A DNA stretch of 64,000 nt. It comes from Ylistrum balloti. Taxonomy: Eukaryota. The position numbers were made by a program, and so were the translations under genes. Position 1 is the first letter of the stretch; every line of letters begins with the position of its first letter. This document shows, piece after piece, positions 1 through 12,300 of the stretch. The DNA lies in contig NW_026782240.1 in NCBI RefSeq assembly GCF_031769215.1, forward strand, positions 496,001 through 560,000, written 5' to 3'. A model generated the notes under the pieces. It had not been told where the DNA came from and made no database searches. It saw only the letters and a program-made list of their open reading frames with translations.

Positions 1-307
1 TTTTTTTAAAGAACATTAACAATGACCTTGACCCAACAACCCTAAAACTTTAACTTGTCCAAGATAAACGTGTGAAGTTAGAGTGCTGATAAATTTTCAC
101 AGATACAGGGATAGACACAAGCAGAAATAGATGGTCCGAGAGGAAAACCATCGTAATCTCTGAATTCACAGTAAGAAAATATCAATGAGACAAACTATGA
201 AGGTCTAATCTTATACCTAATAAAGAGGATTGTGTACAAGTGGAATAGGAATACCATTCTAATGAGAAACTGCTATATTGATGTAAATAGGTTAACAGTA
301 TACTCAC

Positions 308-3300
308 CCGATGATAGATCCAATATGAGGCAGAAACACAGCAAACACAACACACACAGCCACTATGCAGATATTCAGTCCCAACACATGCTTGAAACTA
401 GGATGGAAATAAAGCAGGGCATACACCAGTCTGAATCATGTCAAATCTAACAAGCAATATTTATTGAAGCCTAAGTTATATCCAATCCTAAACTCTTCAA
501 TAATCTTCAGGAAATGGACGAGTTTAAGGTGGTGCAATCCATTGCATGGCAGTACAAAACATACGAAAATCACAGAAACTGGAAATTTTTCGCTGACCCT
601 GCACTCTACAACTAAAATGTATTCATAGAGCTAAGTGGTGTATTACAAATCAAGCAACATACTGTTATAGCAAAGTATGAAATTGTTTGACATCAACTGC
701 GCTTTAGAATACACTAGTATGTTACTTACCTAACACAAAAGTAATTACCAAAAAGAGGTCAAAGACCACAGTTACAAATATCAAGACATGCACATACATA
801 TATTGAGGTATTTTGGAGTATTATTCTGAATGTTTTGTTGTATTAAATCAATTGCTAACAATAGTTGTAACTAGGGGCATGAGGCCAATAGTTGCTATTG
901 AGTAAAGGTTTCTTTCTAAGATTTTGTATCCTGGATTTTCGACCTCTGTTGGCTAAGATTTCATATTAAGGTCAGTTATTGACAAGTACTGCAACCATAA
1001 GGTCAAACATCTTCACTAGTTTGTGTTTCTCTATCAATATTTTGAATAGTGATAAAACATTTTAAGATTGGTATAAGTAGACCAAGCTGAGTAAGTCATA
1101 ATTTTGTAAAGGCAGATGGTGGACGGAGAAAATTAACTTTTGAAAAAGTTTGCATAACAGTTATTTTACCTCGGCCATACAGATCCAAACACAGTGTGTA
1201 GAAACTGGACCCGGAATATATACAGCAAGAGTGGAAATACACACATCATCTGGAAAAACAGTCCAATCCGTGCCACAAATGCCAACACATATGTGTCTGC
1301 CATGTTATTTAAAAGATTCTGAAAAACATCACAACATCGGGATTAAAAACTCCATTACCAACAATGCTTCATCATTAGTTTTCATTCCTTATTCAAGACC
1401 TATGTATTTTTTACTGGGAGTACTGAATTTGATTTCATCCCAGTTGCTCAAAGCTTGGTTAGAGTTAAGTAAAGTTTAGTGAAAAAAATGCAGATATGAA
1501 TTTAACAAAATTGAGAACATTCATTATCATTTCACTGTTGGAGATATATTGAGACATGTCAGATTGGCAATGTTCCATTGTCATTTTTTATATAAAGGTC
1601 TTTGTTTTTTAAATTTACACAAACCATTGGTTAACTCTAACAAAGTTTCAAGCAAATGGGACCTTAAATATATATATAATTAAGAAATATATTCTGTAAA
1701 AAAAAAAAAAAAAGGTTAAAAATTCAACCTGTCTAAGGTAAAACATATGTACAGCATACTTATAACATTATTATGTATATTTAAGACCTGGAATTGAACA
1801 TAACTGGTATACTGTACATTTACCACAAACCAATTTAAGCTTACTGAGAAGTATTTATATCAACACCTTTCATACAACTGCTTTACTTTTTGTTTTTCAA
1901 TGATATGTAAACATTTACCTATCACTACAAATATAAGGTGTAAAATAACCTTATCAAATAATCACAGCAACTTACATCTTCTATGCAGTCTTTAGACATT
2001 GGAAATGAGGAGTAGAACATCACTCCCATGTAAGTATAGGTGAGAGCTACCAATACATAGGCTATCACCAAGTCACGCACCTGTAACACAAATATACATC
2101 ATACACCAAGGTGGCAAGAATCAGGTATTTTTTAACAAAGTAATTTGAAAACTAAACAAAGTGCGGAGGAAGTAGAGAGAAATTGCTGTTAAACAAATGC
2201 TTTGTGTAATTGTAGGTGCATCCTTTTCTCTATAAACAATCTGAGAGAATGATCGCAATCATCATTATAATTCAGGTTGACATGCATTTCAGTAGCACTT
2301 TATTAGCAGAACTTATACATGACAAAACCATACTTACATTATTTTCTGGATGTTTTTGGTTTCTAACAATGGATATCACACAATTCTGAACAAAGTAGGC
2401 TAGGGCTGCAACTCCAGTCAGGGCTGCAAATGTGCCCTTGAACACTGGAATAGAAATGACCAATGATCTTATCTTCTGGGGTAAGATATAAATAAGGAAT
2501 AAAAACCTAAACATTAATATATCAGTTAGTTTACATTTAGAATCTGTATATATCTACATTCTTGAAATTGTGAATACAGACTACATGTATACAAGTTAAG
2601 TCTACAAATGATATTCATCCTTATCTTTTAACTCAGGACCACGAACACTTGACTAAGAAAAGAAATGCATCAAGTTTACCCATGCAGAACACATTTGCAT
2701 GTTGTTAAAAAAAGAGAAATATTTGGTGTAGTAATACACCATGGATGATCTGTTATCATGAAGTACGTTAATTGTCTGGCTTTGTAAGCTTCTTTATCCT
2801 GAACCATCTGACCTGATGAAGCTAAGCCAGATTCTTTTAAACCAATCACATCAATGAAGACTTTGGACTTAGCCACATTAATTTTCCAAGCAGACAGTTT
2901 GATTTCCCCAGTGACAAAAATGCCAGGCTTAACACAAATTTTAAGGGGTAGAGCAATTACAATGGTAATTCATGGTCACATGTCGTGTGGCAGATTGGTG
3001 ATGCCCAGTGAACATACTACTGGGTCAGTTCCAGATCACTCAAGGAGCAGTCATCTACAAATATTGTCCACACAACAGGGCAGGACAATTTGTTGTATCT
3101 ACACTACAGGTTCAAGACTGATGCATATTTCAGGCATTCACTGTAGACTCATCAATGTTTGACTGCCAGCAATTGATGGAGTGTCAAGAGTAACATCACG
3201 TGTCAGCCTTATGTCAAGCCACTTCTGGTACCATGTAGATAGCAACAGTGTTTTGATTTGATGCACATTGTATGACTGGGTGAGGGATATGTCAGTGGAT

Positions 3301-6300
3301 TTGTGTGGTGTTCATTAACGAGTCTAGATTTTCTTTGTACTACCAAGGCAGCAGAAAAAGGGTATATCGCAGATGCAGTGAGCGTTTTACCAATGTATGC
3401 ATGGTTATGCAATAAATTCTGAGGGGCTCATGCCATGGTTTGCGAAGACATTTCCTAAGAAAAATCTCAAAGCAGTCAGATACTGAGACAGATCCTCCAA
3501 CTATATTCAGCAAGAAAATGCTCGACCACATGTTGCTAGAGTCTGTCATGATTTTCTCACAGTGAACAATGTAAAACTTCTAGAATGGCCTCCATATAGC
3601 CCTGATATCTATTAAACATCTTAGGGATGAGCTTGATGGACAAACAAGAATACATAGAACCTCCAACTAACCTGGCCCAGATGAATTCAGCATTGACTTG
3701 AGGTAAATTAAACATTTTAAGAAATTTCATACATAAGAGAATCTGTACAGGAATCCTGGCCAGAGATGTCCACACCAGGTACTGAAGCATCATTTTCTAT
3801 AATGTGGGTATCCCACTCACAGTGACTAACAGTAATACAAGTGACGTCATACACACTTTCCTTTTCAGTATTGTAAAGAGTAGACTCATCCCTTAATTTA
3901 AATTTAAGGTTTTGTATAAATGTTCAAAACGATCATAAGTTATCAACTGCTTAACTCACTTGGGCCTTTTTTTGTCGGATATAAAATTAATGTATCATAG
4001 CAGTCATGATCTAAAAACTTACTTGGTATATGTTGGCTGCTGCTAGCAGGAATGCTAAGGTCAAGATGAAACCCCCATTGTGAAGCGTTGTAAGCCACAA
4101 ATATCACAAGGTAGGTCACAGAAATAGTACCTGAGCAATATATCATATGACAAAGACTTTTGTTAATCATTCATCAATAATATTACCCATAATATAATAA
4201 TAATATAGTATTACTCTGAATCTCTCTCTTCACTGCTAGTAGCATTTCCTCAGAAAGTGATTTACATAAACAGTTTTCAAAGTGCATTTGCAAAAGTATT
4301 TTTTATCTATTGAGAATATTTCATTATAGCAGGAGCACACAAGTGAAAATGATAAGTAACACACAAACAATATCATTGTTTTGTAAGTTAATAGTGTTGC
4401 ATATTAAAATGAATTCCTTTGTGACTCATACTTAAGGACTTGGCAACAAATTGCCAGGTGCTGGCTCTAAATGAAAATCCTGCCCTTTACAAGTATTGAA
4501 AAAGATAGCTTTTTTCACATTGTTAAATGAAAATTATTGACGAAGATAGCTTTTCATTATCTACTTTTTATTGTGTTACAATACATAGGGTACAGATACA
4601 TAGGGTCAAGTATACAGATACTCACCTAAAGAATTAAATTTTGTGAAGAAAGTAGGCGACTTAAAGTTGATAAGGGGGAGAAGTACAGCGACGAGGAACA
4701 ATGGCACAGTGTGGTCCTCCTGCCAAACACGGTCAAGGGTGGCATCATGGGTGTGGCTAGCTGACCCCATCCACATCAGGTGTGGAAGTGAGTTCATGCT
4801 GGCATTATGAGTTAAGTACACAGAACCATTTTGCCCAGCAGGTGGGTGAGGACAAACTGTTAAAAAATTCCATTTATCATAACATGTATGATAATAACAA
4901 AAGATACATATTGATGCATGTTTAAAATTATGATGTAGTTAGCACCAAATGCATCTACTGGGCAGTATATTGATAGCACTAAACAGAAGGTATGTTACAC
5001 AAAAATTTCCACATTTCTATTGGTTATTTTAATTAAATTAGTTCTATCAACATGTATTCCAGACAGCTTGTACTACTCATCTGGATATCTAAATCAACAT
5101 TCAAAGTAATTTTAGTATACAATAGTGTCTGTCATCCATCTGTTAACAAGTACTTAAAACAATTTCTTCTAATTTAACTGCAAAAATCCTTATGTGATAC
5201 AGACCAGAAAAGCTAACAAGATTTTGAAGAAACTACCAGGCACAGACAATTACTGAACCACTGAATCTCTATGAGAATTGGTTTAGAGGTCCTCTCTGGA
5301 CAACATATAGACAACATTAATACCCTGACCACACTGTAATGGGCAACATATAGACAACTTTAATACCCTGACCACACTGTAATGGACAACATATAGACAA
5401 CTTTAATACCCTGACCACACTGTAATTGACAATATAGGAACAACTTTAATACCCTGACCAGACTGTAATACACAACATATAGACAACATTAATACGCTGA
5501 CCACACTGTAATGGACAACATATAGACAACTTTAATACCCTGACCACACTGTAATGGACAACATATAGACAACTTCAATACCCTGACCAGACTGTAATGG
5601 ACAACATATAGACAGCTTCAATACCCTGACCAGACTGTAATGGGCAACATATAGACAACATTAATACCCTGACCATACTGTAATGGGCAACATATAGACA
5701 ACATTAATACCCTGACCACACTGTAATGGACAACATATAGACAACTTTAATACCCTGACCACACTGTAATGGGCAACATATAGACAACATTAATACCCTG
5801 ACCACACTGTAATGGGCAACATATAGACAACTTTAATACCCTGACCAGACTGTAATGGACAACATATAGACAACTTTAATACCCTGACCACACTGTAATT
5901 GACAATATATAGACAACTTTAATACCCTGACCAGACTGTAATGGACAACATATAGACAACATTAATACCCTGACCACACTGTAATTGACAACATATAGAC
6001 AACTTTAATACCCTGACCAGACTGTAATTGACAATATAGGAACAACTTTAATACCCTGACCAGACTGTAATGGACAACATATAGACAACTTTAATACCCT
6101 GACCACACTGTAATTGACAATATATAGACAACATATAGACAACTTTAATACCCTGACCACACTGTAATGGGCAACATATAGACAACTTTAATACCCTGAC
6201 CAGACTGTAATTGACAATATAGGAACAACTTTAATACCCTGACCAGACTGTAATGGACAACATATAGACAACTTTAATACCCTGACCACACTGTAATGGA

Positions 6301-9300
6301 CAACATATAGACAACTTTAATACCCTGACCAGACTGTAATGGACAACATATAGACAACTTTAATACCCTGACCAGACTGTAATGGACAACATATAGACAA
6401 CTTTAATACCCTGACCACACTGTAATGGGCAACATATAGACAACATTAATACCCTGACCAGACTGTAATGGACAACATATAGACAACTTTAATACCCTGA
6501 CCAGACTGTAATGGACAACATATAGACAACTTTAATACCCTGACCACACTGTAATGGGCAACATATAGACAACTTTAATACCCTGACCACACTGTAATGG
6601 GCAACATATAGACAACTTTAATACCCTGACCAGACTGTAATGGGCAACATATAGACAACTTTAATACCCTGACCAGACTGTAATGGACAACATATAGACA
6701 ACTTTAATACCCTGACCAGACTGTAATGGACAACATATAGACAACATTAATACCCTGACCACACTGTAATTGACAATATAGGAACAACTTTAATACCCTG
6801 ACCAGACTGTAATGGGACAACACCCTGACCAGACTGTAATGGACAACATATAGACAACATTAATACCCTGACCACACTGTAATGGGCAACATATAGACAA
6901 CATTAATACCCTGACCACACTGTAATGGGCAACATATAGACAACATTAATACCCTGACCACACTGTAATGGGCAACATATAGACAACATTAATACCCTGA
7001 CCACACTGTAATGGGCAACATATAGACAACATTAATACCCTGACCACACTGTAATGGGCAACATATAGACAACATTAATACCCTGACCACACTGTAATGG
7101 GCAACATATAGACAACTTTAATACCCTGACCACACTGTAATGGACAACATATAGACAACTTTAATACCCTGACCAGACTGTAATGGACAACATATAGACA
7201 ACTTTAATACCCTAATCAGTCTAAAGGACAGCATGTAATGAGTGGACATTCTTTTTTAACAATAATAAATACTCACTGTAATCTTTAGAATTTTGTGTGG
7301 AATTAACAGCATCAGAATCTGAAGCTTTGTCTAAGAATCAAAACAAGAAATTCTGTAATCATCCAGTCTTAATATACTGCATGTAAAAACTTTAGAAAGA
7401 TGAATATAACTTAAATTTTTTCAATGAAAAATTATGTTTGTCTCAAGAGAAAGATGGCAATGATTTTGATAAAGTGAATAACATTGTTTTGATGTATTTA
7501 CTTTACATGAAACATGAACATTTTACACAAAAATTATAAAACTATAAAACACAAAAATTTAAATAAAAACCTATAACCTGACTATGTATACTTACGGTAG
7601 ATAAAGGTGACAATATTGTAGAGAAAATTTGACATGAGTATCCAGTAGACAATGGCCCCGCCCAAAAGTGTCAGAAGGGATGAGACTACTGCCAGAATCT
7701 GGGCCCAACGACCCAGATAATGTTGACATACATCAGAAAAGTCTAAAGCCTCACTTGTGGAATCCGATGCTGTCAACATTTTAACATTCTGTTAGTTTAC
7801 ATATGTACATATATAGAACTACACTGAACATGTGCACAAAGAACAACAGATGTTTCACACAAATGTCCATTTAATGGTTTTATAACAGGACTGAATTTAT
7901 GCCAATTAATTTTCTGTGTAGTTAACACAATCAATTTTCTGTGTAGATAACACATAATTGTATTGAGAAGACTTGGGTTACATATTTATGCCTTGTACTG
8001 CTGTCAGTGTGTCACTAAGATTACTTACACATGTCCTGTACTGCTGTCAGTGTGTCACTAAGGTTACTTACACATGTCCTGTACTGCTGTCAGTGTGTCA
8101 CTAAGGTTACTTACACATGTCCTGTACTAAGGTTACTTACACATGTCCTGTACTGCTGTCAGTGTGTCACTAAGGTTACTTACACATGTCCTGTACTGCT
8201 GTCAGTGTGTCACTAAGGTTACTTACACATGTCCTGTACTGCTGTCAGTGTGTCACTAAGGTTACTTACACATTTCCTGTACTGCTGTCAGTGTGTCACT
8301 AAGGTTACTTACACATGTCCTGTACTGCTGTCAGTGTGTCACTAAGGTTACTTACACATGTCCTGTACTGCTGTTAGTGTGTCACTATGATTACTTACAC
8401 ATGTCCTGTACTGCTGTCAGTGTGTCACTAAGGTTACTTACACATGTCCTGTACTGCTGTCAGTGTGTCACTAAGATTACTTACACATGTCCTGTACTGC
8501 TGTCAGTGTGTCACTAAGATTACTTACACATGTCCTGTACTGCTGTCAGTGTGTGACCAAGGTTACTTACACATGCCCTGTACTGCTGTCAGTGTGTGAC
8601 CAAGGTTACTTACACATGTCCTGTACTGCTGTCAGTGTGTCACTAAGGTTACTTACACATGTCCTGTACTGCTGTCAGTGTGTCACTAAGGTTACTTACA
8701 CATGTCCTGTACTGCTGTCAGTGTGTGACCAAGGTTACTTACACATGCCCTGTACTGCTGTCAGTATACGGTAGCTGGTGTATAACATGAGGCCTGCCAT
8801 CAATACCAGCAGTATAATGCCAGTCACAAACCCGGCCTACAACAAGCAAAGACCAATTAACCAGTACATTTAATCCTTAAAATGATGGTTCATCCTTCAA
8901 CCTTGACGGCAAAATAAAAACATAAGAAAGAAAACAATTTTCCTACATTTTATTCTGCAGGATAAAAACTTGAAAGTTTTAAGAACTCTTTTTTTCAACA
9001 AAGCTGTCCCCAGAAAAAGCATACAAAGGTACATTCCTATTCTTTATTTGCAAAATATTACATCTACCCATGATGCCCCAAAATTCTTCAATCTGGTTCA
9101 CCTCTGTTATATGTTCAAAATGACCTGTCTCACCATGATATTGAACATCCTAAACATACAAATGCTGTACCTGTCTTATTGCCCAAGGCATACTTAAGAT
9201 TGATGTCCCCATCATGGTATTCCAAAGTGAAAATCTACAAGACAAATCAGTATGACATTAATTTCAAAACATGTTGTATGTTTTGTCATCAAAAATACAT

Positions 9301-12300
9301 TCAGTTGGTACAGGAAATGACAAGGAGAAAAGATAAGTACATTTTTACATTAAGTCTAAGATTTACAGATTCTTTATTATAGATGAATAAACATTTCAAG
9401 TGTGCTTGAAATACGTTTTACACTATTACTACACATAGCAAGTATCACACAAATTATTTACAGACATTAAAGGCAAGACATGTACTTTGAGAGAAACATT
9501 ATTCTTGCAAATGAATAAAGCAAAGTTTGGTTGGAAAAAAAAACCACTTCTGGAAAAAATGAAAATAACCTATCCTGCAGTATCATATCTGTCTGCAGAA
9601 ACTTAATAGCATCGCTCTTACAATATAATAACCTCCTGATTCCATCATTTGGAAAAACTTACAATGATTATTAACATTTTGCACTGTAACATGTTTAATA
9701 AATCATAGTTTTTAGGTCAAAACCATTTAAATGTGTCTCAAACTAGATCACAACCAACATATATATACAAGAGTTCCTCAGAAGTATATGTGTCGCCTGC
9801 ATAAAGTGTCACGGTCACCCAGAAATTGAACTGGATGTGCAACGTTCAACCATAAAGTTGTAATACCAAATTTCAATTCTATAACTCGAAGCATAAAAGT
9901 AAAACTGCACAAAGCCATATTCCTGAGAAATTTTCCAAGTTCAAAGGGACATATCACTGCCAAGAAGGGTTACAGACTGCCAAGAAGCAAACTCAGTGTG
10001 TAACTTTTGACCAAGAACTCATATACAAAACTGCATTTTGATAACTCGAAGCATAACCAAGAAAATTTTCGAAGTTCAACGGGGCATAACTGTGCCAAGA
10101 AAGCCGTAAATCAAACCTTATCTGTAATGTTCGACCATGAAGCCATTTCTCATATATCATGTAAAAAACTCTAAGCATAATCAAGAAAAGTACAAAAAAC
10201 CATATTCTCGAAGAATTTTCAAAGAGGCATAACTCTGTCATATACCAAATTTCATTTCTATAACTCAAAGCATAACCAAAGAAAGTTCACAAAACAATAT
10301 TCCCGGAGACTTTTCTAAGTTCAAAGGGGCATAACTCTGTCAAGAAGGCTTACAGACAGCTAGGAATCAAACTTCATCTGTACCCTTCTAACAAGAAGCC
10401 ATATACCTAATTTCATTTCAATAACTTAAAAGGATAACCCAAAGAAGTCTGGAAAACAATATTCCCAGAGAATTTTCTACGTTCAAAGGGGCATTACTCT
10501 GCCAAGAAGTGTCACAGGCAGCTGGAAATCAAACTTAATCTGTACCCTTCCAACATTAAGCCACATACCAAATTTCATTTCAATAACTCAAAGGGTAACC
10601 CAAAGAAGTCTGGAAAACAATATTCCCAGAGAATTTTCTACGTTCAAAGGGGCATTACTCTGCCAAGAAGGGTCACAGACAGCTGGAAATCAAACTTGAA
10701 ACAAATAATACAGTAAAGTTCAAGTTTTGTTCAGGTATATCCCTTTAAAAATCTGAATGAATATATTGATCAAAGCTATGACTTTCTTGACTTTCAGTTA
10801 TGATCAATAAGGAAATCGTTAATGGTATGGTTGTGCATTTCAGGTTTGTTTACAAATGGTGACTCCACACTGCTACTACTGGTCATTCATAAATTTGATT
10901 ATCTAACTATTTCAGAGGAAGGCTAATGATTTATTCTAAATGAAATAAATAGCAACTTCCTTGATGCATCTTAGCCATTGGCAAAAAAAAAAAGGAAATT
11001 ATATAAAGTTAACTTATCATTGGAAAACACCAAACAAAAAGTCTCAATGATCATCACCATTTCTCAGACAATCAAGGACCATTTATCCATCAATCACAGA
11101 ATGAAAGGAATATTTATCTACTTTTTGAGCTCTGATTTGTTAGCTGACCAAGCGTTTTGTTCAAATTTGTAAAAAGTGAACTAAAGAAATCAGTCCTTAC
11201 ATGGTGATGATGCTGTTTTGTTCACCTCGAACAGTCACATAGATCACACTGAAGAAATTTGGTGGCACCACATGGTCAGGCATTTGCTATCCAAACAGAA
11301 ACATACAAAATGATTCAAACGGATGAATAATGTTTAACAACTTACAAATTCTGTGTGTATGGTTACTCAAATATCCACTTATGTTATATATATTGCTGTA
11401 CAGTAAAAGTCTTTATTCCTAAATTTGGAAAAAAGTGCCAACACTTAATGTTGATCCAGAAAGGTCTAAAACAGCATGGGAAGTCGCAAATGAAAACAAA
11501 CACTTGACTGCCATATTGGTTTATCTTAATCAATAACAACATATTAGCAGCACTGAGATACTCATAATGGATTCACCAACAAAATTATTTTGAAGTCACC
11601 TGAATCAATCTGATAAATCGTGAGTCAAGGAAAGTACAAGAATTATCACTATACAGATCATTCAGTAAAACTTACTTTTTATGACTCTTGAACAAAAATG
11701 TTTGTTAATTTGATGCAAAACAGGAAAATCCAACAGAGACATTGCCAAAAAAAAACAACATTCAATTAAACAACATTGCAGAGACACAAGAAGAGCATTG
11801 GCTTTGCAATTGTTTGCTATAAATAATATACATTATTCTGTATACTTGAGACTTACAAAGTTGCTGTTTCTGTATGGAAACAACCTGGAATAGTACTTGT
11901 AGCGACTGACCACAGCCACGGTACTGGCATCATGGTTGGGTGTGTTGATGGAGTAGTACTGTACAGGACGCCTGTAAAATTAATTCACAAATTATCTTTC
12001 TGTTGAACACAGGACACATTTGTTTGCCCCATTACCCCAACCCATCCATTCAAAAAAAAATATCAACTTATATTAATTTGTTTGCCATTATCCTTGCATA
12101 AACATGCCTAATGTCAAAACCATGAGTTGGTGCCAAAGCTAGCCCTGGAATCTTATATGGTAAATTTCCTCTGCTAGCAGTTTTCATTCTTGAACGTAGT
12201 CTTTGAATCTCTTGCCAAAGACCAACCTCTCTGGAGCCCATATCAGTGAAATTTGACCTCCCCTTTAGTCTGACAACCACCTGACATGTTTTTTGCCATG

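Noticed and set aside
2676-2876. 66-aa minus-strand ORF
   Set aside because: Lies within the 5' part of the decayed Tc1 element; no convincing motif.
11590-11599. Possible 10-nt microexon (ATTGATTCAG) in SLC38A9
   Set aside because: Not needed: exon 3 extends to a stronger GTAAGT donor at 11857/11856 and restores phase.
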